From the NCBI GenBank assembly GCA_017561885.1, contig JAFZBF010000032.1, positions 3,618 to 67,617 on the forward strand: 64,000 bases of DNA. The letters run 5' to 3'. Positions 28,248-37,724 of this stretch are shown here, piece after piece. The position numbers and the translations under genes are program-made. The notes beneath the pieces are model-generated. The model ran no database searches. It saw only the letters and a program-made list of their open reading frames with translations, and was not told the origin of the DNA. The first letter of the stretch is position 1. Every line of letters starts with the position of its first letter. The DNA is from Bacteroidales bacterium (lineage in GTDB: Bacteria > Bacteroidota > Bacteroidia > Bacteroidales > UBA932).

Positions 28248-29696
28248 ATGTCAACAGTCAAATTTTATCGCGAGGACCATCAGGTTCCTCTTGAGATGCA
28301 CAAAGTGCGCATCGTGCAGAAGTTATACCTCTTACCGGTAGAAGAGCGCCAGAAGAAGATGGAAGAAGCCGGAAACAACACCTTCCTGCTTCACAACAAG
28401 GACATCTACATCGACATGCTGACCGACTCCGGTGTCAACGCAATGAGTGACAACCAGCAGGCAGCAATGTTCCAGGCAGATGACGCATACGCCGGCAGTG
28501 AGACTTTCTACCGCCTCAAGAGGGCTATCAAAGAGACCATGGGCCTCGACGACATACTTCCCGCCCACCAGGGACGTGCTTGCGAGAACATCCTTGCCGA
28601 GGCTTTCTGCAAGCCTGGCGACCTCGTGCCGATGAACTTCCACTTCACTACTGCCAAGGCCCATATTACCCGCGTCGGCGCCGACGTAGTGGAACTTGTG
28701 GCCCAGAAAGGTCTTGACGCCAACAACCTGGACCCTTTCAAGGGTGACTTCGATATTCCGAGGCTCAAAGCATTCATCAAGGATCATCGCAGCCAGATCA
28801 AGTGGCTCCGCATCGAGACAGGTACCAACCTTATCGGCGGTCAGCCCATCAGTGCCAGGAACATCCACGAAGTTGCAGAGATCTGCAAGCAGGAAGGTAT
28901 CATCAGCGTTCTCGACGCATCCCTGCTCCAGGATAACCTCCACTTCATCAAGACAAGGGAAGAAGCCTACAAGAGCAAGACCATAAAAGAAATCATGTTC
29001 GAAATATGCGACGCAGTCGATATCGTTTACTTCTCTGCCCGCAAGCTCGGTTTTGCCCGCGGCGGCTGCATCTGCTCGAACAACAAGGATCTGATGCTCC
29101 GTATGAAAGAGTATGTTCCTCTCTACGAAGGATTCCTCACTTACGGCGGTATGGAGGTCCGTTCTATGGAAGCAATCGCAGTAGGTCTCTACGAGACTCT
29201 CGACGAAGAATATATCAGCCAGGGCCCGCTCTTCATCGAGCACATGGTCAACGAGCTCCACGAGTACGGCGTGCCTGTAGTACGGCCTGCCGGCGGTCTC
29301 GGCGTGCACCTGAACGCAAGCGAGTTCTTCCCTGACATGCCTCACAACCAGTATCCTGCCGGAGCCCTCGGAGCAGCCATGTACATCGCCGGAGGTATCC
29401 GCGGTATGGAGCGCGGTACCATCAGCGAGCAGCGCGAACGCGACGGAAGCGAGCGCTATGCAGCTCTCGAACTTCTCCGTCTCGCAGTGCCCCGCCGCGT
29501 GTTCACCCTTTCTCAGCTTGAATATGTGGCTGACCGTGTGAAATGGGTTTGGGACAACCGCAAACTCATCGGCGGTCTCAAGTTCGTCGAGGAACCCAGC
29601 GTGCTGCGTTTCTTCTTCGGCCGTCTGGAGCCCGTCAGCGACTGGCAGCAGAAGCTCGTCAAGAAGTTCCGCGCCGATTTCGGCGACAGCCTGTAG
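28248..29696 (+). CDS. tnaA: Tryptophanase-like beta-eliminating lyase (tryptophan indole-lyase or tyrosine phenol-lyase family)
   Basis: Collinear with E. coli TnaA by eye: FLL..D(V/I)(F/Y)ID(L/M)LTDSG, DEAY/DDAYAGS, PTHQGR/PAHQGR, FKG(N/D)FD, GGQP(V/I)S, FIK.RE.(E)YK, PLP-lysine region SARK, YGG(L/M)E, LLRL(T/A)(I/V)PR. I prefer the start at 28248 (MSTVKFY); the track ORF starts at 28146. Confidence 0.85.
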   Translation: MSTVKFYREDHQVPLEMHKVRIVQKLYLLPVEERQKKMEEAGNNTFLLHNKDIYIDMLTDSGVNAMSDNQQAAMFQADDAYAGSETFYRLKRAIKETMGLDDILPAHQGRACENILAEAFCKPGDLVPMNFHFTTAKAHITRVGADVVELVAQKGLDANNLDPFKGDFDIPRLKAFIKDHRSQIKWLRIETGTNLIGGQPISARNIHEVAEICKQEGIISVLDASLLQDNLHFIKTREEAYKSKTIKEIMFEICDAVDIVYFSARKLGFARGGCICSNNKDLMLRMKEYVPLYEGFLTYGGMEVRSMEAIAVGLYETLDEEYISQGPLFIEHMVNELHEYGVPVVRPAGGLGVHLNASEFFPDMPHNQYPAGALGAAMYIAGGIRGMERGTISEQRERDGSERYAALELLRLAVPRRVFTLSQLEYVADRVKWVWDNRKLIGGLKFVEEPSVLRFFFGRLEPVSDWQQKLVKKFRADFGDSL

Positions 29697-29700
29697 CATC

Positions 29701-30414
29701 ATGCTTGGCACCATAGTCAACACGTGCACAATAATCCTGGGCGCCGTCATCGGAGCCCAGGTGCACCGTGGTGTCAAGGAAAAATACAAGGAGGCCGTCT
29801 ATACGGCCCTGGGACTGGCGTGCCTCGGCATAGGTCTGGGCGCGACCATCCGCAATATGCCGAACAGCGAATTCCCGGTGCTGTTCGTGCTCGCAATGGC
29901 CATAGGTGTGGTGGTCGGCACCTGGCTGAACATCGACGGCCGTTTCCACGCCCTGGTGGACAGACTGGGCAACAAGAAAAATGAATCGGCCGACAGCCGT
30001 TCTTCCCTCGCCGAGGGGCTTTCGACCGCCTGCCTGCTCTACTGCGTGGGGCCGCTTTCAATGCTGGGTCCTATAACCAGCGCCCTGCAGGGTGACAATA
30101 CCCTGCTCTTCACGAACGCCACCCTCGACCTGGTGTCGTCGTTCATCTTTGCATCCACCTACGGAATAGGAATGGTCCTTGCGGCTCCGGTGCTGTTCTG
30201 CTGGCAGGGAATGTTCTATCTCATAGCGAAAATATCCGCCACTGCCATCAGCGACGCGCTGATGTGCGAACTTCTCATTATCGGCGGCCTGATAATCACC
30301 GCGTCCGGTCTTTCTCTGCTGAAAATACGTCAGATAAAGACATTGGACATGCTCCCGGCATTGCTCGTGCCGGTGCTGTGGTTCGTCGGAAAGTGGCTGA
30401 TCGGCCTTATATAA
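29701..30414 (+). CDS. DUF554 family integral membrane protein (YdfK/YqgA-like)
   Basis: MLGTIVNTCTIILGAVIG N-terminus and a multi-TM profile typical of DUF554. It starts 4 nt after the tnaA stop. Confidence 0.65.
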   Translation: MLGTIVNTCTIILGAVIGAQVHRGVKEKYKEAVYTALGLACLGIGLGATIRNMPNSEFPVLFVLAMAIGVVVGTWLNIDGRFHALVDRLGNKKNESADSRSSLAEGLSTACLLYCVGPLSMLGPITSALQGDNTLLFTNATLDLVSSFIFASTYGIGMVLAAPVLFCWQGMFYLIAKISATAISDALMCELLIIGGLIITASGLSLLKIRQIKTLDMLPALLVPVLWFVGKWLIGLI

Positions 30415-31531
30415 GCTTGCAGACCTTGTCGAAAATCTCCTCGATGGTGCCTACGCCGTCGATTTCACGGTATTTGCCCTGAGCCTTGTAAAAGTCGATT
30501 ACGGGCTCGGTCTTGTCGTGATATGTCTTGATGCGGTTGGCGATGACTTCGTCTTTGGTATCGTCCGGACGGTTCTCCAGCATGGCACGGTGACGGATGC
30601 GTTCCTTTACCATTTCGTCGCTGATCGAGATCGATATCACTGAAGTAACGCTCTGTCCGAATCCTTTCAGCATCACGTCGAGGGCTGCAGCCTGCTCGGT
30701 GGTGCGGGGAAATCCGTCGAAGAGGAAGCCGGGAACAGAAGGATTGTTTTCGATTTCACTCTTTATCATCCCGATGACAACCTCGTCAGGAACCAGCGCG
30801 CCCTGCTCGATGAGAGACTTGGCTTTGAGTCCGAGAGGAGTGCCGGCTGCCATTTCCTTGCGGAGAAGGTCTCCGGTAGAGACGTGGTGGAATCCGAACT
30901 TGTCGACGAGAAGATTGGCCTGAGTGCCTTTGCCTGCACCCGGAGGGCCGAAGAGGATGTAATATTTCATTGTATTGTCAGATTGATTGTCGTCAAGAAT
31001 GTAGATTTCGGGAAGATTCCTTCCGAGCTGGTCGTAATCCAGTCCGAAACCCACGATGAACTTGTTGTCAACTTCCATTCCCACATAGTCGAGCTTACGG
31101 TCGTAGTGATAGACCTCAGGCTTGGTGAACATCGTGCAGATCTTGATATCCTTCGCGCCCCTGAATGCAAGGTGCTCGCGGAGCTTGATGATGGTAGTGC
31201 CGGTATCGACGATGTCTTCGATTATGATGACGTCGCGTCCGTCAACGTCGGTGGTAAGGCCGAGCACGTCCTTGATGTTACCCGTCGAGCGGGTGCCCTC
31301 GTATGAGGTGACCTTGATGGCGGCCAGTTCGCAGGGGAACTCTAGTTTGGTGAGGAGATAGCCGCAGAAGACTATCGATCCGCTCAGTACGCAAAGCACT
31401 ACGGGTACTTTGCCGGAATCCTTGTAGTCGGCGTTGATTTGTGCGGCCACGTTGTCGATGGCCTTCATCAGTGCGTCGTGAGGAATGTAGGGGACGAAAT
31501 ATTTGTCGTGGAATTTGACTCTCTTGTTCAT
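30407..31531 (-). CDS. hpt-adk: In-frame fusion of hypoxanthine phosphoribosyltransferase (N-terminal) and adenylate kinase (C-terminal)
   Basis: A single 374-aa ORF. HPRT PRPP-binding motif VIIIEDIVDTGTT and the end GLDYDQLGRNLPEIYIL. A DDNQSDNT linker with no stop codon (checked on DNA at 30961..31020). Then the Adk start MKYYILFGPPGAGKGTQ (internal ATG at 30970), FLFDGFPRT and a short-lid type. Confidence 0.8.
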   Translation of the reverse strand: MNKRVKFHDKYFVPYIPHDALMKAIDNVAAQINADYKDSGKVPVVLCVLSGSIVFCGYLLTKLEFPCELAAIKVTSYEGTRSTGNIKDVLGLTTDVDGRDVIIIEDIVDTGTTIIKLREHLAFRGAKDIKICTMFTKPEVYHYDRKLDYVGMEVDNKFIVGFGLDYDQLGRNLPEIYILDDNQSDNTMKYYILFGPPGAGKGTQANLLVDKFGFHHVSTGDLLRKEMAAGTPLGLKAKSLIEQGALVPDEVVIGMIKSEIENNPSVPGFLFDGFPRTTEQAAALDVMLKGFGQSVTSVISISISDEMVKERIRHRAMLENRPDDTKDEVIANRIKTYHDKTEPVIDFYKAQGKYREIDGVGTIEEIFDKVCKLI

Positions 31532-31596
31532 TTCTGGCGGTTTTTACAATTCACAAATTTAATATTAATTTTGCATCATCTCAAACAGAACATCGT

Positions 31597-32109
31597 ATGA
31601 AACCGCTTGTAAGCATCATTATGGGAAGCCTGTCCGATATGCCGGTGATGAAGGCTGCCGCTGAATTCCTGGACAGTATGGAGATTCCCTTCGAGATCAA
31701 TGCCCTCAGCGCTCACAGAGTCCCTGAGCAGGTAGCAGAATTTGCAAAAGGTGCCGAGGCCCGCGGCATCAAGGTGATCATCGCAGGAGCAGGCGGAGCT
31801 GCCCATCTTCCCGGCGTGATCGCTGCATCAACTCCTGTTCCGGTGATCGGTGTTCCCATCAAGTCTTCCAATTCTATGGACGGCTGGGATTCAGTCCTGT
31901 CCATCCTCCAGATGCCTTCCGGCATTCCGGTAGCCACGATGGCCTTGGACGGTGCCAAGAACGCCGCCATCTTCGCCTTGCAGATCCTTGCTGCAGGCGA
32001 CGAGTCGTACATGGCACGTATGAAAGCTTTCAAGGCTGAGCTGGCCGGAAAGATTGCGAAGGCCAACGAGGACCTGAAAGCAGTTTCTTACAAATTCAAA
32101 ACCAACTAA
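31597..32109 (+). CDS. purE: 5-(carboxyamino)imidazole ribonucleotide mutase
   Basis: VSIIMGSLSDMPVMKAA, SAHR and AGGAAHLPGV motifs. 170 aa. Confidence 0.93.
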   Translation: MKPLVSIIMGSLSDMPVMKAAAEFLDSMEIPFEINALSAHRVPEQVAEFAKGAEARGIKVIIAGAGGAAHLPGVIAASTPVPVIGVPIKSSNSMDGWDSVLSILQMPSGIPVATMALDGAKNAAIFALQILAAGDESYMARMKAFKAELAGKIAKANEDLKAVSYKFKTN

Positions 32110-32178
32110 GCATCCGTTTTAAACGGATATAAATGTTTGGAAACGGCTGCGCCCGCTTTCTTGTCATAGCTTTGCGCT

Positions 32179-34053
32179 ATGAGAAGGTTTGCGGTCATAA
32201 TTACTTTGCTACTGCTCGTCCGGGCTGCAACGGCCCAGGATGTGCTGCGAGGTATCGGGGATCTGCTCGAGCAGATGCAGGAGTCGGAGTCGGGTGCATC
32301 GGCTGAAGACCTGCTGCAATGGTACGAGACTCTGCTTTTGAACCCTCTGAACATAAATGCGGCTTCCAGAAGCCAGTTGGAACAGCTGCAGATACTGTCA
32401 CTGTTCCAAATAGAGAGCCTGCTGGAATACAGGGATGAATATGGCGACTTATTGTCCTTCGCGGAACTGGCGTCGGTCGACGGTTTCAGCCGTGAACTGG
32501 TGGATGCGCTAAGGCCTTTCTTAAGCCTCGGAGAATCGGATTACGGCAGGACGGCAGCCTTCTCCAAGGTCAGGTCCAAAGTGAAGTGGAAAAGCTCTCA
32601 GGAGGGGCTTTACCGTTTTGCCAGATACCTGGGAGGTGCAGGACGTTTCAGCTATGGGGCTGTATTCGAGAGCGACGCACAGGAAAGCCTGCTGCCGGAT
32701 TTCATTTCGGCGCACCTGCAATACGATGCAGGCCGTTTCAAGCTGCTGCTCGGCGATTTCTCCGCCTCGTACGGTCAGGGGCTGGCCATGGACAAGTCTT
32801 TCTCGATGTCGGCTCTCGGCAGTCCCGCGGCCATCCTGAAACGCCGCAACGACTTCAAGGGGTATACATCTGCCGGGGAGAATGATGCGTTCAGGGGGCT
32901 GGCATTGTCATCGGACCTCGGGCATGGCGGCCGTCTGCAGGTATTCTTTTCCGCTGCACCGCTGGATGCGACTGTAACCGACAGCACATACAGCTCGCTG
33001 CCGACGACCGGCTATCACAGGACTGATTTTCAGAAGGCCCAGAAAAACGCGCTGAGGGAGTATACGGGCTGCATCAACTATACTGTCGAGACTTCCAGGC
33101 TGCAGCTGTCGCTTACGGCTGCAGCCTATGGCTTCGACAGGAAGAACGCACGCCGTGTCCAGGAGTACAACAGATACCAGATGTATGACGGTCTCTACGG
33201 CAATCTGGCCCTGTCGCTTCTGTACAGCACCGGTCATTGCAGGCTCTACTCGGAAGCCGCTCTCGACCTCAAGGGAACTCCGGCTGCACTGGCCGGGATG
33301 GTCTGGTCGCCCGGCTACAATTTCGAAGGGGCTTTCCAGCTCCGTTATTATCCGAAGGAATTTATCGCGAGGCACGGCGGCGCATATTCGTCGCTGTCGA
33401 CAGTGAGCAACCAGTACGGCGTCCTTGTGAATCTGCTGGCCAGACCGCTGGATGGTTTTACCCTGACGGCGATGTGCGACGCCTCGTATCATCCACACGT
33501 GCGATACCGCATCGACAGTCCGTCATCAGTGGTCAGTCTAAAGGCCAGATGCGAATATGCCGCGGACAATTGGACGGTCTATGTGCAGGACAATTACGCT
33601 TTCAAGGATTATGAGGACAGCCACAAACATTCGCTGAAACTGTCCGCCGTCCTCAAGCCTTCGGACAAGTTTACGCTGTCGGGCCGCGGAGACTGCGTGC
33701 TGCTGTTCTCCGGCGCGGAAGCAGACGGAATGCACGGCTACAGGTTGGAAAGGGGACTGGGGCTTTCTCTGCGTGCAGACTGGAGCGCCGCAGACCGGCT
33801 TGCGCTGTATGGGTCTGTAACATATTTCGATTCTCAGTCTTCCGCGACACGGATATATGCATATGAGAAGGATCTACCACAGAGTTTCTCCGTTGTTGCA
33901 TATGGCGGCAGGGGACTGACTGCAAGCCTGCTGGCTTCTGCGGATCTGTTTCCGGGGCTCAGGATGACGGTAAAGGCTGCCTTTACCGACTTTGCCGGAG
34001 ACGGCAAGGCCGATGTCCTCGAAATACGGGGACAACTCGACTGGAGTTTCTGA
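32179..34053 (+). CDS. Exported ComEA-like helix-hairpin-helix domain protein fused to a probable outer-membrane beta-barrel
   Basis: Signal peptide MRRFAVIITLLLLVRAATAQ. HhH-type segments LNINAASRSQLEQLQILSLFQIESLLEYRDEYGDLLSFAELASVDGFS. The C-terminal ~500 aa is rich in alternating aromatic residues and Gly, ending LDWSF (OMP-like terminal Phe). Confidence 0.55.
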   Translation: MRRFAVIITLLLLVRAATAQDVLRGIGDLLEQMQESESGASAEDLLQWYETLLLNPLNINAASRSQLEQLQILSLFQIESLLEYRDEYGDLLSFAELASVDGFSRELVDALRPFLSLGESDYGRTAAFSKVRSKVKWKSSQEGLYRFARYLGGAGRFSYGAVFESDAQESLLPDFISAHLQYDAGRFKLLLGDFSASYGQGLAMDKSFSMSALGSPAAILKRRNDFKGYTSAGENDAFRGLALSSDLGHGGRLQVFFSAAPLDATVTDSTYSSLPTTGYHRTDFQKAQKNALREYTGCINYTVETSRLQLSLTAAAYGFDRKNARRVQEYNRYQMYDGLYGNLALSLLYSTGHCRLYSEAALDLKGTPAALAGMVWSPGYNFEGAFQLRYYPKEFIARHGGAYSSLSTVSNQYGVLVNLLARPLDGFTLTAMCDASYHPHVRYRIDSPSSVVSLKARCEYAADNWTVYVQDNYAFKDYEDSHKHSLKLSAVLKPSDKFTLSGRGDCVLLFSGAEADGMHGYRLERGLGLSLRADWSAADRLALYGSVTYFDSQSSATRIYAYEKDLPQSFSVVAYGGRGLTASLLASADLFPGLRMTVKAAFTDFAGDGKADVLEIRGQLDWSF

Positions 34054-34061
34054 GAGAGATG

Positions 34062-34985
34062 CTAGGGAACGATGATGCGCAGTGCCTGCGGAATCATATC
34101 GACAGTCGCTGGACTGAAACCTACGGCCTCTCCGTCGACTTCCACCTTGGCTGAAGGGAACGACTCCACATGAACGTGGCGGCCCTTGGTGTGGATGACC
34201 TGCTTGATGGTATAGATGTCTCCGGAATAGAGTTTCTTGATGCTGAAGATAACTTTCAGCTTGGGAATCTTCTTGATTACGGTAATCTCCAGCAGACCGT
34301 CGTCCGGCAGGGCCTCGGGAGTCTGGATCATACCGCCTCCGGAGTATTTGCCTATGCCGAAAGCAGTGGAGAAGACGGGACCTTCGTACAGCGTCTCTCC
34401 ATCCACATCCACCTTGAAACGCTTGTTGGTGTAGCCGAAGAACGCTCTCAGCAAGCCCCTGACATACAGGCTGCTTCCGGTCTTGCCTTCATCTTTGTAA
34501 CCGTCGACCTTGAAACATACGTTCGCGTCGAACCCGAGCCCTCCGATGTTGACCATGAATCGTGTATTGTCCTTGCCGTTCCTTGATGAATGCACTTCCG
34601 CAAGGTCCTGCACCCTGGTGTGGCCTTTCGCAATGAGGTCTACGGCCATCTTATGGTCTGTCGTAACTCCCCATTCCCGGCCCCAGTCGTTTCCGGTGCC
34701 GACGGGAATGACGGCGAGGGTGACGTCAGGATCGGATCTGTCCATACTCATTATGCCCGAAACCACTTCGTGGATCGTCCCGTCACCTCCGACCGCAATG
34801 AACTTGCGGTAGCCTTCAAGCCAGGCCTCCTTTACCAAATCGATTGAGTTGTATTTGAACCGGGATACGGAACTTGAGAACTTTATCCCTGCAGCATTGA
34901 GCAGATTGCTGATTTCATCCCATTCTCTGCCGCCCCTGCCGCTGCCGGCGTTGGGGTTGACGATTACTTTCCAGGTGTCTTGCAT
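34062..34985 (-). CDS. Diacylglycerol/lipid kinase family protein (YegS-like)
   Basis: [12 protein letters not shown] and [11 protein letters not shown] catalytic-domain motifs. I prefer the start at MQDTWKV (34985); the track ORF extends to 35048. Confidence 0.82.
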   Translation of the reverse strand: MQDTWKVIVNPNAGSGRGGREWDEISNLLNAAGIKFSSSVSRFKYNSIDLVKEAWLEGYRKFIAVGGDGTIHEVVSGIMSMDRSDPDVTLAVIPVGTGNDWGREWGVTTDHKMAVDLIAKGHTRVQDLAEVHSSRNGKDNTRFMVNIGGLGFDANVCFKVDGYKDEGKTGSSLYVRGLLRAFFGYTNKRFKVDVDGETLYEGPVFSTAFGIGKYSGGGMIQTPEALPDDGLLEITVIKKIPKLKVIFSIKKLYSGDIYTIKQVIHTKGRHVHVESFPSAKVEVDGEAVGFSPATVDMIPQALRIIVP

Positions 34986-35090
34986 TGTATTCGACGATAT
35001 GTCACGATCGCTGTTCTCAAAAGTAGCATATTTAAAAAAATAATACAAAGATTTATTAAATTTGCAGGATATATAATCAATCGTAAATCA

Positions 35091-35870
35091 ATGGGAAAGG
35101 TAATAGCCATAGCGAATCAAAAGGGAGGAGTTGGAAAGACTACGACTGCTATCAATCTGGCCGCTTCTCTGGCAGTGATGGAGAAAAAGACGCTGTTGAT
35201 TGATGCCGATCCACAGGCGAACACCACTTCCGGCCTCAATTTCAATCCGGACTCCGATTCGATGCGCACTCTGTATGAAGTGCTCATCGGACAGATCGAT
35301 GTCACTGAGGCTCTGCTGGACACAGACTTGCAGTATTTGCAGGTGGTCCCGTCGCACATCAACCTTGTCGGCGCTGAAATCGAACTCCTGAACGAAGAAC
35401 GTCGGGAGTCGGTGATGAAAGACTGTCTGGCAGACATAAGAGACGAGTATGACTATATACTGATAGACTGTTCTCCTTCACTGGGGATCATCACTGTAAA
35501 TGCGCTGACTGCAGCGGATAGCGTGATAATTCCGGTACAGCCGGAGTATTTTGCGCTTGAGGGTCTCGGCAAACTGCTGAATACTATCAAGCTTGTGCAG
35601 AACAAGCTCAATCCGACCCTTTCTATCGAAGGCTTCCTGTTCACCATGTTCGACAGCCGTCTGAGACTTCACAACCAGGTGGTCGAAGAGGTGAAGAACC
35701 ATTTCTCCGATATGGTGTTCAAGACAATGATAAGCCGCAACGTGCGTCTCAGCGAAGCTCCGTCCCACGGCAAGCCGGCAATACTATACGATGTGATATC
35801 TTCCGGTACCAACAACTATATGAGCCTTGCCCAGGAAATTGTTAAAAAGAACCAAAAAAGCTTCTCGTAA
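35091..35870 (+). CDS. parA: Chromosome partitioning ATPase ParA/Soj
   Basis: Deviant Walker A at the ATG at 35091 ([19 protein letters not shown]). It is followed by parB with a TAATG overlap. Confidence 0.93.
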   Translation: MGKVIAIANQKGGVGKTTTAINLAASLAVMEKKTLLIDADPQANTTSGLNFNPDSDSMRTLYEVLIGQIDVTEALLDTDLQYLQVVPSHINLVGAEIELLNEERRESVMKDCLADIRDEYDYILIDCSPSLGIITVNALTAADSVIIPVQPEYFALEGLGKLLNTIKLVQNKLNPTLSIEGFLFTMFDSRLRLHNQVVEEVKNHFSDMVFKTMISRNVRLSEAPSHGKPAILYDVISSGTNNYMSLAQEIVKKNQKSFS

Positions 35871-36778
35871 TGTCCACTTCTAAAAGAAATGCACTCGGAA
35901 GGGGCCTCGGCGCCTTGCTTCAGGATGCAGAAACTATACAGCGCAACAGCGAGAAAGCCTCGTCTCCGGCTGCAAGAAAGATTTCTGCCGGTGTGGAACT
36001 TCCGTTGGACCAGATCGAACCGAATCCCTATCAGCCGCGTACGACTTTCGATGCGGAATCTATCGGCGAACTGGCTGATTCCATACGCTCTATCGGTATA
36101 GTCCAGCCGATTACAGTCCGCAGGATCGCTGACGGCAAGTATCAGATCATTTCCGGTGAAAGACGGTTCCGCGCAGCAAAACTGGCAGGGCTGGAGACCA
36201 TTCCTTCCTACATCAAGGAAACTGACGATTCCGGTATGCTGGAGATGGCCATTGTCGAAAATATCCAGCGCGAGAACCTGGATGCTGTCGAAACCGCGTT
36301 GAGCTTCCGCAGGCTGATGGAAGAATGCGGCTTCACGCAGGAACAGATGGCTGACAGGGTGGGGAAGAAGAGGGCTACCGTGGCCAACTACCTGAGGCTG
36401 CTCAGCCTTCCCGCCGAGATACAGAAAGCAATCAAGCTGGGACGTATTTCTGTCGGACACGCGAAGGCATTGCTGTCGTTGCCTACCGAAGAAGCCCAGA
36501 TGGAACTCTGTGCCAAATGCGTGGTAGGCGACTGGTCTGTCCGCAAGCTGGAACAGAAGGTCAGGGACTGGCTTGTCGATGATGCAAAAGAAGAAGCCCC
36601 TCAGCAGAAGGAACTTCCTGACGAGTACTACAGAGTGCTGGAACTTGTGGGCAAATATTTCAGAAATGACATCTCCCTTAAGCGCGGTGCCGACGGAAGC
36701 GGACGTATGACGATAAGATTCAAGAGTGACGACGAAATCGCACGATTTTTGAGAGCGTTGGAAAACAATATCATATAA
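35870..36778 (+). CDS. parB: Chromosome partitioning protein ParB/Spo0J
   Basis: IEPNPYQPR, ISGERRFRAAKLAGL and an HTH region (TQEQMADRVGKKRATVANYLRLL). Confidence 0.93.
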   Translation: MSTSKRNALGRGLGALLQDAETIQRNSEKASSPAARKISAGVELPLDQIEPNPYQPRTTFDAESIGELADSIRSIGIVQPITVRRIADGKYQIISGERRFRAAKLAGLETIPSYIKETDDSGMLEMAIVENIQRENLDAVETALSFRRLMEECGFTQEQMADRVGKKRATVANYLRLLSLPAEIQKAIKLGRISVGHAKALLSLPTEEAQMELCAKCVVGDWSVRKLEQKVRDWLVDDAKEEAPQQKELPDEYYRVLELVGKYFRNDISLKRGADGSGRMTIRFKSDDEIARFLRALENNII

Positions 36779-36788
36779 GAGGTCCCGG

Positions 36789-37712
36789 GTGCGTAGGTTC
36801 ATATCATCGATAATTCTCTTCTGTGCTGTAACTCTCAGCGCCAGCGCCCAGTTCACTCAGAACAAAGATATAACAGGCGGCCCTCCCGGCCAGAACGTCC
36901 AGACGGGCGTCAATCCGGAAAGCGACGTCCTTGCGGACACCACTTCCGGTTTCTCGATGAAAGCGATGGTTCGCGGTCTGCTGCGCAAGCAGCAGCTCAA
37001 GACAGGATATGCCCTCGCCAGCAACGCGATTCTTCCAGGCGTTATGCAGGTCTACAACAAAGACTACTGGAAACTGCCGCTGATATACGGCGGCATAGGA
37101 AGTGGAATTTACTTCGGCATCCAGAACAACAACCAGTATCTGGAAACCGGCAATAAGGATTATGCCAAGGTCTCGGCTCTCTGCTTTGCGGGTGCCGCCG
37201 CCGTATACTGGGGCACGCTTATGGACGGAGTGGTGAGCTTCGAGACTCCGGACAAGCCTGATCCGGCCAAGGCTGCGATATACTCCGCACTTCTTCCGGG
37301 TCTCGGCCAGGCGTATAACGGCGACTGGTGGCACATTCCTATCTGGTACGGCGGACTGATGGTCTGCGCTTACACATATCACTTCAATGATATGCAGTAC
37401 AAGCGTTTCCGATATATCTACAATGTGGCCAACGACAATTCAAGCGGTTATATAGGACATATCACCGCATCCCAGGCCAAGGTGTACCGTGACCTGTACC
37501 GCCGCTACCGCGATTATTCCATAGTGGCAACCATCGTGGTCTATGCCCTGAATATAATAGATGCCAACGTTTTCGCCCATATGAGCGACTTCAACGTGAA
37601 CGACGACCTTTCGTTCAACGTGAAACCGGCTATGATAGAACCTCTGGACGGCAAGTTCCTGGCATCTGCATCGCCGATGTCTTACGGCTTTCAAATGAAC
37701 CTCACATTCTGA
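36789..37712 (+). CDS. DUF5683-like membrane protein (conserved parAB neighbour in Bacteroidetes), GTG start
   Basis: Signal and TM segments. LPGLGQAYNGDWWHIPIWYGG motif. It occupies the conserved position between parB and the lytic transglycosylase. Confidence 0.6.
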   Translation: MRRFISSIILFCAVTLSASAQFTQNKDITGGPPGQNVQTGVNPESDVLADTTSGFSMKAMVRGLLRKQQLKTGYALASNAILPGVMQVYNKDYWKLPLIYGGIGSGIYFGIQNNNQYLETGNKDYAKVSALCFAGAAAVYWGTLMDGVVSFETPDKPDPAKAAIYSALLPGLGQAYNGDWWHIPIWYGGLMVCAYTYHFNDMQYKRFRYIYNVANDNSSGYIGHITASQAKVYRDLYRRYRDYSIVATIVVYALNIIDANVFAHMSDFNVNDDLSFNVKPAMIEPLDGKFLASASPMSYGFQMNLTF

Positions 37713-37724
37713 TTAAAAAACAAT

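Noticed and set aside
28332-29789. 485-aa minus-strand ORF, the third-longest ORF in this part of the window
   Set aside because: It lies entirely antisense to the tryptophanase-like gene, which has unmistakable family motifs. The antisense translation is low-complexity (rich in A, V, G, H, E and D) with no recognisable motif. This is typical of shadow ORFs in GC-rich coding DNA.
35816-36856. 346-aa minus-strand ORF
   Set aside because: It is antisense to parB, which has the clear GERRFRAAK and HTH motifs. I found no motifs in the antisense translation.
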